Assembly: GCA_004431415.1 (NCBI GenBank)
Contig: QPMI01000453.1
Location: 310,001 to 374,000 of the forward strand
DNA length: 64,000 nt
Source of the DNA: Cyanophora paradoxa CCMP329
Taxonomy: Eukaryota > Plantae > Glaucophyta
Direction: 5' to 3'
The notes under the pieces were generated by a model, which was not told the origin of the DNA, searched no databases, and was given only the letters and a program-made list of their open reading frames with translations. This document shows positions 11,942 to 24,211 of this stretch, piece after piece. Position numbers and translations under genes: made by a program. The first letter of the stretch is position 1. Every line of letters starts with the position of its first letter.

Positions 11942-13399
11942 GCCTTGCAAGTTTCCGCTGACAGTCCGCATCCTCGACGGGCACGCCCCGTACAGCGAGG
12001 TGCACGTGGGCGCACCTGCAGCTGGGCGCGACGCGCCCGCGCGCGCTCCGCTCATGGACCGCTTCCGAAGTTCCGCAGATGGGCGCCGGGCAGGGAGTCT
12101 TCGATCCTCTCCTACTCGCTTGTTCTCGAACGTGACTACGATTCTTTTGGGCCACGGTGCGGTGCCGCCCTTCCGCCGAGCCGCTGCTCCGGCGCAGCCG
12201 ACCCGCCGCGGCTCCGCCCGCAGAGGTGGCAGAGGCGCCTTCCGTCGAGTTGCATGCAGGCGGACCATTTTCGGATGGACGCATCGGCTGCGGTGGTCAT
12301 CGCGTTCAATAGCGAGGCGCGGGACGTCGGACCTTCGTGCACGGTCCGGGCGGACCGTGCGCGCGTCCGGCAGCCCCGGCGGCGCCGAGCCGAACTTGCT
12401 GGACAAGGCCGCCAGCGCGGGGGTGCCTCGCGTTCCTATGGGCGTCGCAGGGGCCAACCGAAGCGCGCGCGGACGGCCTCGGCCGAAGTGCGCTGGACAC
12501 GCGCCTCAGGTCCAGCGGGACGGCCCCGGCCCACGGCACGACCGACGCAGCCGCACGGCCAGCCGGAACACAGCGAGCGCAAGAGCAGCGCCGGCCCCAA
12601 CGCGTCGTTCCCTTCTTCCGGCGCCGAGGCTCCAGCAAGCACACGGCCCCTGGCAGCAAACAACGGTTCAGCAAGGCTCCAGCAAGCTCTGTCCCTCATT
12701 TCGAGGCTGCAGCAAGCGCATGGCTTCAGCGCGCACGATCATACCCGCGCCCAGAAGAAGGCACCCGTCCCCTCGTCCCCCCCCCCCCCCCGCCCCGCCT
12801 CGCCCCCCCGCCTCGCTCCTTCCGGGACGTGGGGGTTGGGGGGTACACAGGCCCAGGAGGCTGTGCTGACTTCCCTGCACTCGACATCCTGGCGGGCCCC
12901 TCTTCCGCCTCTTTAACTACCTCGTTCGTCTCTTTCCTCGCCGCCGTGCGCGCTGTACCCCTCTCATAGAGTCCCGAGTACCCCTGAAGTTCCCCTTGAC
13001 CGTTTCGCACGCGTCTCGAGCTCTAGATCTGTACATATGCATGTGGGTCGGAAGACGCAGGAGATCTAGGGTACCCCCTAAGCAGAAAGCAGGGTATCCC
13101 CTTCCCTAGGTATCCCCTTCGCTACTTACCTCGCCCCCCCCCCCCCCCCCCCCTCTTAAAGCTTGCCTCTCCCCCTTGCCTCTCCGCTTCCGGATCCACC
13201 CCTCCCGCCCCCCGGGCCCCGGGCTCTCCCCAGGACCTTCCTGCACTCCCGATCGCGAGCTGCTCTCACGCCAGAAATGTGCACACCGTCTCACTCAGAA
13301 AATCAAATTAAAATTGATAAATACTCCGGGGAACAGTAAGCGGGAAGAGCGAAAGCCGGAGAAGACAAAGCAGAGAAGCACTGATGAAGCTAAGCATTG

Positions 13400-15159
13400 A
13401 ATGTTGGGGACAACAGCGCGAGAGGAAGGGGCGAGCTGGTCGTGATACCTAGGAGTTGCGGGGGCGACCGCTACTAAACCAAGGACTCACATCAGGAAAA
13501 GCCCGCTTCCCGTGGGAGGGAAAGAGCGGGGCCGACTGTGAGGGAGCCGGCGGGGCGGGCGCCGGCGGAACCGTCGAAGCCTGCGGCTTGGTCTGGAGCT
13601 CGAAGCCGGACGGGAGCGACGCGCGGAACTGGTCGCGCCAGCAGCGCAGCCGCGCGACGGCGCCGGCGGCCGACGCGTATGGATCGATGCGGAGCTCGAG
13701 GGAGAGCTCGGCGGCAATCCGGAGCGCCGGCGCGCCGCGGCCGCGGGCGGCGTCGGCCAGCTCCTCCAGGGCCCGGAGCTGAGTCTCCGCGTCGCACTCT
13801 GGCGCGCGCGCGCGCGCGGCCCGCGGTCAGCGTTGCTCTGAAGAGGGACTTAAGCTTCAAGCTCACTGAGGAGGAGGCGCAGAGAGCGGAGGGAGGGCGC
13901 GGAGCGGACGAGGGCGGCGAGGCCGAGGAGCTGCTCGGCCCCGGCGGCGCCCAAGGAGGCGACGCGGAAGGCCAGTTCCGCGTGCTCGACGGAGGGCGCC
14001 GCCGCCAGGGCTGCGATCGCGTCGCGGGGTGCGGTGCGCCTGCGTTCGCTCGCTCAGCGGGAGGGAAGCAAGGGGTGGGAGGGATGGGGGAGGAAGGTGA
14101 GGGAAGGGCGATGGCGCGCGCACCCGATCTCCAGGGGTCCGCTTAGGCGCTGGAGCTTCGGGAAGAGCGGGAGAGCCCGCACCGCTTCCGCCGCCAGGCG
14201 AACCGGCTGGTAGGTCCTGTCTCCAGGCCTGCCGAGAAAGGGCAGGCGGCGCCCACGTGTCAAGAGGGCCCACGCGCGTGGCATGGGATCGAAAGGACAC
14301 GCGAAGCGCACAGCTGCATGTTTCGGAGGCGGAGGGAGAGGAGGCTGGAGGCTGCGGGTCCGGCGGCGAGGCGCCTGAGGCCGTAGCCGCCGACGGGGTG
14401 GTCGCGCGCCGGGTGATCATCGGACTCCCAGAGAGTGAGATCCTCGATAGCGGCGCATGCCGCGAAAGCGCCGAGAGCTTCGTCGATGCTGCGGAAGTTC
14501 ACCGCCAGCTCGACCCGGCGCAGCCCGGGGAACGTCGCTGCAACAGAGCCCGGAGAAAAGATTCCGGAGCGGCTGCAGAAGGACTGCAGGCGCGGGAAAC
14601 GCAGGGCTGCCGCTACCGCCTTGCGGGCGGTGGCATCGTAGACCGATTTGTAGCCGGCCGCGGCGCCCATGGCCAGCGCTCGCTCCGAGAACGCGCTCAG
14701 GCCGAGAGCTCGAGCTTCGAGACGGTCGGATGCCGGCTGCAGGGCTTCCAGGACTGAGGCGATGCGGCGATCCGCCCACAGCTCGCCTACGCGCACGTCC
14801 ACAAGGCCGGGCGCCCGCTCCGCCACGCCGCGGACGAACGCTGCCACGTACGCCGCCGCCACGTCGTACATAGATATCGTTTGCTGGGGCCAAAAGCTGT
14901 CGTCGATATGCAGATCAAACTCCCGCACGCGATCAACGACCAGCACGCGGGTTTCGAGCAGAGATTGCAGCCGCTTGAGCTGCTCTACCCGCGCCACCGA
15001 CAGGGTCAGCTGAGTCCACTCGATTCTTTCCACCACAGCTTTCAGGCGTTTCGAGCACAGACGCAGTGAGCGCCACGCTGTCTCGGAGCCTGCAAGCTCG
15101 AAGATGATGCGCAGGATGTCGTCGCTCAGATCGCCGAGCTCGGGCGAGATCGCAGACAT
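13400..15159 (-). CDS. F-box protein with LRR-like C-terminal region (3' end approximate)
   Basis: N-terminus MSAISPELGDLSDDILRIIFELAGSETAWRSLRLCSKRLKAVV fits the F-box consensus; LRR-like FPRLQSF, FPGLRRVEL, IEDLTL, LLSLRLRNMQL. Confidence 0.8.
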
Positions 15160-15393
15160 TTCAACCTGGTCCGCGCGCTTCTACTGGTTTCTACGGCGGT
15201 CAGGCAGCGGTCGAGGGAGCGGTCAAGTCAGTTGGCTTGAGCTGTCTACCCCTCCCCCTCCCCCCCCCCCTCGCCAGGGTCGCGCTCCCCCCTCCGATTG
15301 CAAAGCCGTCGCACTGCCGACGTCCTGTATCGATAGGCGCACGCGGAGATCAGCGGGTTAGCGTCCTGGCGGAGTAGAGCAGCTGCAGCGCCA

Positions 15394-18300
15394 ATGGAGG
15401 CGCCTCCAGCGCAGATCGAAGACGTCGTGCAATCGATCGGATCAAGCGGGCACGCCGAATTCGAACCCCAACGCAGGCACGCCGAACCCGAGCCGGCGCT
15501 GCGCATGCCCGCAGCCGGGGTCGCGGCGAGAGCAGGAGGTTCAGGCGCGAGGACTGCAGACGCGGAGCGCCAGTCCATCGGCTCGCTCGGGGCCGCCCGT
15601 CCAACGCCGCCGCGACCGCCGGCAGCTGCAGCCGCAGCAGGTCCGCCTCCGGTCCTCGTCTGTCCACGCTATCCACGCTAGAGCTGAAGTCGCATACGTA
15701 CGCAGGATCGCTCTCCCGACCTGCGACCGCGGCCGCGGCCGGCCGCGGCCGGGGGAGCTCGACGCCAGCCCCGGCCAGGGCGCCCCGGCCAGCGGCGCTG
15801 GTGCGAGGGCGAGCGACAGGTTCCGCTTCAGACTCGGCTCAGAAGAGCTCTGGCTCACGAGCGCCGCCGGCACCGGCGCCAACGGCCCTGACCGACTCTG
15901 CCCGCGTCGGCTACGATCGGCCCGTTCGGCCCGCGTCGGCTGCGAGCTCTGCGCCGGCGCCGCGCCCGTCCGTTCCTTCCCGCCCGGCGACGGCAAGCGC
16001 CGCAGCCGTCTCTTCAGCGGCCGGCCGGGGGCGAGGGTCCGCGCCGGTGCGGCCTGCTTCGGCGCGGGCTGCGGCGCCGGCGCCGGCGCCAGCTCCAGCC
16101 CGGCGGCCCGCCGCCCGCGGCCGCCCGCGCGCCCCGCAACCGCGCCGACGACGCGCGCGGGCGCCCCCAAGCCGAAGACCGGATCCTTAGGGCGCTCCCC
16201 CCAATCCAAGGGCGCCCCCACGGCCGCCGCCCGCCGCGCCCCGCCGCCCGCCGGCCCCCCCTCCGAGGGGCCGCCCCCTTCGCCCCTGGAGCGCCTGCCG
16301 GACGAGCTCGTCGCCCGAATCGTGATCGCCCTCGGTCCCCGCGACGCCTGGTGCCGGTACGCACCAGAGCTTGAACCTTAAGCTTGTATTCTCTGACGCC
16401 CGCGCAGCGCGCGCCTCTGGGCCGTCAGCCGCCGCCTCAGCGCCCTCCTCTCGCGGGTACACTTGAACTCCAATCTTCAAAAGCGCCTCCAATGGGGCTC
16501 GAACCCGCCCGCCCGCCCGCAGGTGGTCTGGCCGGCGCTGGACGCGGGGGTACAGTTTCCGCAGGCCTTCGGCTCGTCGGCTCGCGCAGCGGCACTGCTC
16601 CGCGCCCTCCGCACCGGCCGCCTCAAATGTGCGTCGAAGTGGGGAGATCTAAATCCTCGGTCTATCTAACGCGTACCCGCGGTCTATGCCCAGGCTCGCG
16701 TCTTCTGCTGGACACTACCCCCTTCGACGAGGTTCCCCCCCCCCCCTCCTCCCCCGCCTTCCCTGCGCCGCTCACATGAGCCGACCCCAGCGGCGCATCG
16801 ATCGCGACAGCGCCCGCGAGCGCCGGAAGCTCGACAAGGCGAGTAGCCATCTACTCAAATCGCGTGACTCATCTGAGCTTCAAATTCGTTGCTGTCTCGC
16901 AGGTCGGGTGCCTTCCCGCGGAGTTCTGGATGGCACTGCAGGTAGCTAAATATAGCACTTTCGCTCGAGAGCCGCCCTCCACTGATACGTAACCCCGTTC
17001 CCCCCCCCCTTTAGGACGGCCCCCGCCTCGCGGCGCTGGCGGGAATCAGCGGCCTCGAATCCCTCGAGGTTCTTATACCCCCCATCTAAACTCGCCCCCG
17101 TCCGCCTTTCTGATGGTGTACCCCCCAGGTCCGCCACGGGCCCATCCGCTTCCACTGGTCCCGCGTGTGCGCTCGAGCCACCGGTACCCCGATCCTGCCC
17201 ACCTCGAGCCTGACTGTACCCCCCTTCCCCCTTCCCCCCCCACAGGCTCGCCTGGATCACGCCCGGGGGCCCCCTGAACGCGTACCCCCGCGCCGTCCTG
17301 GCCGGGCTCGTACCCCTGGCCGCCACCCTCCAAGACCTGACCCTCGACTGCCTGACCGGTGCGCACGCGCATTCAAAGTCGAAGCCGAGCTTCGAATTGA
17401 TTATTATTATTTTTCGGGGGGGAGACCCCTCCGGGCCCCTGCGGCCCTGCGAGGACAGGTGGGACCTCTTCGTCGACGCCCTCCGACCCTTCCACGCCCT
17501 CCGCCGGTCCCTCTCTCTTTCCTTCTGCCTTACTTAGAGCTTCACTCTCTCTTTCTCTTATGGTTAGCTTCTCCCAGGGTTCGGCTGGGCCCCCTCTCCT
17601 TCGCAGAGGCGGGCCAGGGATCCCCCGACATCGTACCCCTCCCCAACATCAAGGCGAGTAGCTATATATAGCGGCCGGCCGGCGGGTACTCTTGTTTCAG
17701 AGCTCTTGAACTGATTCGCTGCCCGCAGGCGCTGCGCTTGACGACGGGCGAGATCGACGGCCCAACCATCGCGCGGACCTTCCCCAACCTCGAGGCAACC
17801 GTACCCGTCCCCCGCGCCGCGTACCCCCCCTTCTCATTTTTTCGGGCCGCAGGAGCTCGGGCTCGTTTGCTACTCGCGGCTGAACAAGCTCTGCGACGTA
17901 CCCCCCTCCCCTCCCCTCTCTGCCTGCACCCCTTGCGTGTACCCCCCTCACGTTTCCCTAACCCCACTCAGCTCCACCCGTCCTTTTTCGAGGCGCTCGC
18001 CCCCCTCCGGCTCCGCCGCTTCGGTCTGCCCATTAATCTTCTGCTGTACCCCTCCCCTGTAACGTGTACCCCCGCAGAGCTGGAGAGCGCTGTCTGGGGA
18101 TGGGTCAGGGTCGGCCTCATGAGCGGCTGCTGTGCGGCCCTCGTGAAGGTGAGTGTACCCCTGAGCTGCCGCAATCGATATCTCTCCTCCGAGCAGAGCG
18201 TACCCCCCTCCCAGGCCGTCCCCGGGCTCCAGGAAATTCTCATCGGGTGTGTACCCCCCTCCCCCTCCACACCTCCTTTCCTGAGTCTTATTCGCTGTTC

Positions 18301-20611
18301 TAAATCTAATAATAGAGACTGGGCCCTGGGAAGAGACCGGACCCACGAGGAGCTGTCGGAGCTCCGCCACCTCGTGCGCGTACCCCCCTCCACTCTCCGG
18401 CACCCTCCTGCGCCCCCGTACCCCCCTTACACTGTACCCCAGAAGCACCTGACGGAGCTTGACTTGAGGGACCCGCTGCGGCCACACCGCCTCGAGACCC
18501 AGGCATGCAGGTCCCTGGGATCCCTCTAAATTAAAACTGTTTCTTTGTTCCTTCATTCCTTTCTTATATTAATCGCACCTTTGTAGATGGCCGCCGTGTG
18601 CGCCCTGCGGTCCCTTCGGACGCTCCGCCTGCGGATCATGCCGCCCGGCCGCCGGCGCGAGAATTCGAAGTGCGTACGATCGTTTCCCGGGCTTTGGCCA
18701 TCCCCCAACTTCAACGCGTCCTGACCCAACGCCGAATCGCATCGCAGCGCTTCTCCCGTCGTGCTGCGCCCCGCCGCGCTGCCTCACCTCACGGAGCTCG
18801 ACGTGTCCGTCATCCGCTACAGGTTCTCAGCGCAGCTTCGAATTCGCATTAAAATTTCGCCTTCGATCAGCTCAGAAAATTCATTCTCCTGCAGGCCGCC
18901 CCTGGACCGCCAGAGAGACATACTCGAGCCCGATTCGACCGCCGCCCCCATCATCAGGCGCGCTGCGCTGCGTTTCGCTTTAATTATATAAATTCTAGCG
19001 ATTGCGGCTTCGCTATGGGATGACTGGGATCGATCGGGCCGCAGCCAGCTGGGCCCCTTCGTCCTGGCGCAGCCGTCCCTCGCGGCCCTCTCCCTCCTCC
19101 TCGAGTCCCCGGGCCGCGGATCCACTTCCTCGGCCGAGGCCTCCGAGTCCGAGTGCCAGGTGCGGGCCGGGCGGGCGCCTTAAGCTTAAAGCTTCCCGCC
19201 TTGCTCGGAATGCGAGGCACCTCTTATCTTATGATTTTCTGTACTTCCAGGCCGCGGAGGCGCTCGTTCGGGCGGTGGGGCCCCTGCTCCGCAGCTACCG
19301 CCGCACGGGCCTGCCCCTCGCCGGCTCCCTGCAGCCGGTGCGCGCAGCCGCTGAGCCCGCGGCCCGCCATTGAGCTCAACTTCAGCTTCTTTTAGGCCTA
19401 GGCCTAGGCCTTTGAGTCATATATAAGTTTAAGCCTTTAAGCCAGTGCCTTCGGCGGTGAGTCGCTGCAAGGGCGACCATTACGCCTCATGAGACGCTTC
19501 AAGCTAAGGCCTTTCTAACTAAGGCCTTTTTAATTTGCTTCAACGCCTTCGGCGGTGCGCCGCTTTCTTTCTCAGCGGCACTTAATATGAGACGCGCAGG
19601 AGGGAAGGGCGACCGTCGCGCCGGCCGCAGCGGCCGCGGCGGCGGCCGCGGCGTCGGCGGCGGCGCGCGCGGAGCTCGCGGCGGTCGCCGAGTGCGGCCC
19701 CGCCCTCCGCGCGGTGAGTCTCGGTCGATGCCCCTTCAAGCCTTGAAGAAGCTTAATTCGAAGCTTAAAGCGTCTAGCCCATTCTTTGTAGCTAAGCTGA
19801 ACTTCAAAATAGAATGCTCAAACTCGAGAGCTTAAAATTCAAGGCTTACGAGCTGAAGAGCCTAAGAGCTGCTGCTCTCAAGCTCCGAGGCTCAAGATAG
19901 AAGACGCCTCTCGGAAGCGTAGGCCCGGCTTGAGAGCTCGAGCTTGAAAAGCTTTTGGAAGCTCAAGCGGCTTCTCAGTCGAGTCTCATCTCAAGCCCGG
20001 GGCGCAGGTGTCGCTGGCAGTGGACGCAGAGGGCGCCCTCTCCGGCGAGGACCTCGCGCCGCTCGCCGCCCTCCGCGCCCCCGACCGCGAGCTCGTGCGC
20101 CGGCCCGGGCATGGCTTATAACTACTTCGCGATCAGCCCAGGGGCCAAAGCTTGAAATCTTAGAAGGAGGCTTTGGGCTTTTCAACTTTTAAGCCTTCAA
20201 GGACCCGGGAGGACTAGCTGATCATGAGAAGCTTAAGCTTCGAAGGCTTCACATGGGCTAATGTTCATCAAAAGCTCTAGGTCTGAAGCCGCTGATCATG
20301 AGCCCTAGGCCTCCCTCCGGAAGGCTAGCGCTAGGGCTTTTCATTTCAAGCCCAACCTGCTTAGAAGCCGCTGAAGCCCTCCGGAGGGCCCTGAGGGCTG
20401 ACGAGCGGCCCGGCGCTCTCCCTCCGCTGAGGGCTGAGGGCTCGACCTCCCTCCGGAGGGCTAGCGCTAGGGCTAGCGCTGATCAATGACGAGCGGGGCC
20501 TGCGCGCAGGTGGTGGAGGAGGGGCATGCGCAGGCGGGCCTCGCGGCGGCGCGGCGGGCCCTCCCGGCCGCCGGCTGGCGCCTCCGCACCGTGCCCCGTC
20601 GCGGATACTGA
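15394..20611 (+). CDS. F-box/LRR-like protein with many small exons
   Basis: F-box 'LERLPDELVARIVIALGPRDA..RLWAVSRRLSALL' at ~16285-16457; LRR-like exons 'TFPNLE', 'VPGLQEILIG', 'KHLTELDL', 'ALPHLTELDVS'; last exon VVEEGH...PRRGY* ends 20611. Start and internal exons are approximate. Confidence 0.7.
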
Positions 20612-21346
20612 TCATGATCATGAGCGGCGGGCCCCGCCGCGCCGCCCGGCCGCCCCCGCGGCTGGCTCCAGGGCCGGGGCAATCATTGATTGGCTAGAGT
20701 CATTGCTCTGGCTAGAACAAGGATTATTAAACGATCTTGGTCCGGATCCGGGCTCCTTTAAGCCTCCTATTAGGGCTCCTAACTCGAGTCCTAAGGCCCT
20801 CGTTGGAGGCTTAACTTAGAGCGCATTGTTCCATGATGGTCCCATCATCTACTCCCATGAACCAGAGAAAATTCGAATTCCCGAAGCCAACTGGGCCATG
20901 GGGGTACACTCTGACAGACGAGCCGCTAGCCTAGGCCTATAGCTAGCTATATAGGCCTGCGCAAGCTTAAGTGCAGCGGCGAGAGCAGCATCGACGGTGC
21001 GCGCTTGCGGGAGTTAATTTCGTACCTCGGTAATTAAGTGGGCGCGGTATTTCTGTGTTGTACGGTACTGTCTAGTACACAGTACACTGTCTACTACTAG
21101 TACAGTAGTAGTACTGTAAACCCTCCAGACCCTCACCGCGCCGGCCGCCGCAGCCGAGACGGCGCCGCCGGAGCCCGGTGCCCCAATTGCAAGCGCTAAT
21201 TATAATAAGGAGAAGGTCCTGCGGGGCCTCGCCGCCCTCCTCGGCCTCGGAATGTAGACCTTTGCCCCTCTTGGCCCACCTCTCTTCCCCCACCCCCCTT
21301 CTCTCTACTCGCGCGCCATACTGAGCCAGCATTTCCCGTACCGGTG

Positions 21347-22022
21347 GGAAAAGTGCCGGTGTATCGACCGCGCGCCAGCGCTCGGCTCGCGATCGGCGAG
21401 GGGACGACCTGCCGCCTGCCGCAGTGCTGGCCATGGACCGGTCAAGGTCTCCCCCTAGGCCTCCACTCCATGGCCGCCTCCTCTAGGCGCCAGCTGCAGG
21501 TCACGGCGGGCACGGCATCATGATCACTCGAGAAACGCCGAGGCCGAGACGCACCTTCCGGCCCCTTGAGGCTGTATGTCTAGAAGAAGCGTTATCGCCC
21601 GGCACGAAAGAGAGAGCAGAAGGGGGGGGAAAGCTGAGCAGGCGGACCGAATCAAGTCTCGCTCGAGGCCATGGCCAGGCGAGTTCGGCCACTGGCGAGT
21701 TGGAGGCGTCCGGCGGCGATTGAGCGGAGGGCAACTCGACAGGCCTGCAGAGAACAATCGGTCAGAGGCTGCGCAAGCGGCGGCGCCGCGCGGCGAGGCG
21801 CGAGCGAGCGCGTTCTCGCTACACCGAAATCGGTGATTTCGGTGCTTGGCGGAAAAGTGCCGGTGAATCGACCACGCGCCAGCGCTCGGCTCGTCGGCTC
21901 GCGATCGGCGAGGGGAGGGGACGACCTGCCGCCTGCCGCAGTGCCACGGTGCTGGCCATGGACCGGTGCGCGTAAAACTCGTCGAGGTCTCCCCCTCCAC
22001 TCCACGGCCGCCTCCCCTAGGC
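21347..22022. repeat. Diverged direct-repeat pair (21347-21460 and 21851-22022), non-coding
   Basis: Shared ggaaaagtgccggtg..atcgacc.cgcgccagcgctcggctcg..cgatcggcgagggga..cgacctgccgcctgccgcagtgc..tggccatggaccggt..aggtctccccct. Confidence 0.8.
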
Positions 22023-24211
22023 TCGCTCACCTGAGGTTCGGCGCCAAGCCAAGCACCGCCGCCGGCCCGCTAGCGCTGCTGCCGGCGCCGCCCACCGGAA
22101 CCAGGGCCGCTCGACCGCGGCACGCCTCGCCGGGGGCCGGGGGCCCTCCAGAAATATAAGGCGAGCGATTGAACCTCAGGGCCGGGCGTGCCGACGAGGG
22201 GCGCCGGCTCCCGGGCGCGCGACGAGGGGCGCAGAGGGGTCGGGCTGGGTGGGAAGGAGGGGGAAGGGGGGAGGGGGGGGGGGGAGGGGGGAGGCGCCCG
22301 ACGAGGGGCCGGGCCGCCGCGGCGCCTGGCCTTCCCCCCTCAAGCGCGGGCCCTCGCGATCGCTGCGAAGAAATCGCGGGAGATCCGTGAGCGACTGCCG
22401 CGTACGCGACCGGGGGGGGGGGGGGGGGGGGGGGGGGGCGGGGGGGGGGGGGCGAACCTGAGGGCCGAAGACATCGCGGGCGCTCCGTGAGCGTCGAGAA
22501 GTCGAGGGGAAGACAGCGGCGGCCGGGCCGACGGCCCGGGCCGCCCAGCCCCGGCCCCGGCCGCGAACCCGGGACAAAGCTCGATCGAGGTCGCCGCCCG
22601 GCCAAGCCCGTCGGCGATGGCCGAGCGCGGACCTGGCCGGGGAGGCCGCGAACCCGGCCGAGGGGGAGACGGCGGCGGCCGGGCCGAGACAGCCGCCCGC
22701 CGGGCCCCCTGCGCCATAGCTCGAGGAGGCGTCGCCGACGGACTCGCCCAGGGCGCCGATCGCCCGCCGCCTCCTCTTCCCGTCGCCCGCCCGCCCGCCC
22801 GGCGCCGGGGCGGAGCGTTGCAGCGGTTCCGGGGCGACTGTGGCGGCCGGCCCGCGGCGCCCGCCCGCCGCCCGCCCGCGCCCCTCGAGCGCCCGCCGCC
22901 CGCCCGCCCCCGTCCGCGCGGGCGCCCGCCCCCTCGAGCGGCGTCGCCTGATCCCCCGCCCCGGCCCCCCGCCGGCGTTCTTGGAGACCTTTGCGCAGGG
23001 AGTGCAGGGGAGGGTGACGCCGCGCGCCTGATCCACCGCCCCCCGCCCCCCGCCGGCGTTCTTGGAGACTTTCGGCGCAGGCGTACCCCCTCTCCCGCAC
23101 CGCCCGCGACCTGCGCTCTGTCGCTTTTCAGCCCTCCTCGCGGTCGGGGGGGGGGGGGGGTGGGGGCCCGACGGCCTCGAAGCAGGGGTACTGGCGCTTC
23201 AGGCGTGCGGACGTGGACGGAGCGGAGCGTACCGTCGGACTTGCCGTGCTGGAAAGGGGCGCGCAAAAGTTCAACGGGGTCCTGGGGCGAAGGCCGGGTC
23301 TGGATGGGGTAGGGGGGGTACGGGTATTTTGGACGGACCCCCACGGCGTGCCGCACACCGTTCGATCGGGAACGTCAAGGAGATTCCAGCGGTGCAGCCG
23401 CGGGGGCACGGCGGCGCCGTGACGGAGGGGTACATCGAAAAAACTGATTGGCCGGGGCGTGAGGGAGGGAGGCAGGCAGCGGCTCGAAGATAGCGGCCTG
23501 GGAGCGAAGCGCACCCGTACGCAGCGAGGGCGTGCGAAGTGAGAGCATGCTGGGTCGGGTTTGAGCCTCGCTCGCCCGAGCCGACGGGCCGTCCGCCCGC
23601 AAGCGCGCCCCAGCCCTTTCCGCGCGTCCTGCCGATGCCGGACCGTATCAGAAGCGCTCCAAGCGCGCTCTGTGGCGAATATGTGGCGCGTACCGGACAG
23701 ACGTGCGAAACGGAGACTTGGCGGCGGGCGAGCGCGGGGGCACTCCTCAAATCGCACGGGCGACAACGGGCGCATAGAGTGCTAAGCTTGCAATTGCAAT
23801 CGAGCATTTGGCGCCGCTGAGCTAAGAGCAGCATCTGGCATCTGCGGCGAGCCGCTCAGCTCGCTTTCTTCGAGGCGCATCTGGAGCCGGGGACGGGCGC
23901 GCACCTGCTCCAATCTAGCCCGTACGCGTGTCCGGGACTAACCGGCGAGGAGCCCGGGTGTTGCACCGGACGATGAATGTGGATCGATCGAATCGAACGC
24001 GGCGCGAGGGCTGCAGGGACCACGAGCGGACGCAGATTAGCTACAGCGATCAATCTCGTGCACTTAAGCTTGCAATTCATTGCATGGGGGACGTGCCGAT
24101 CGGGCAGAGCGCAGTCCACTTGCGTACCCCCCTCGTTGGTAAGGGCCTCTTGCGAACCTCCTGACGGGTGGCGCGGACGATCGAAAACTCTTCGCCGGCG
24201 GGAGGGGTGCG

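Noticed and set aside
11306-12916. 536-aa + strand ORF
   Set aside because: Non-ATG start, low-complexity R/A/P composition with no domain; it overlaps the minus gene's start and an ATG-less duplicate.
22027-23356. Several 230-357 aa overlapping ORFs
   Set aside because: Extreme GC content with G-homopolymers, open in many frames, no recognisable motif.
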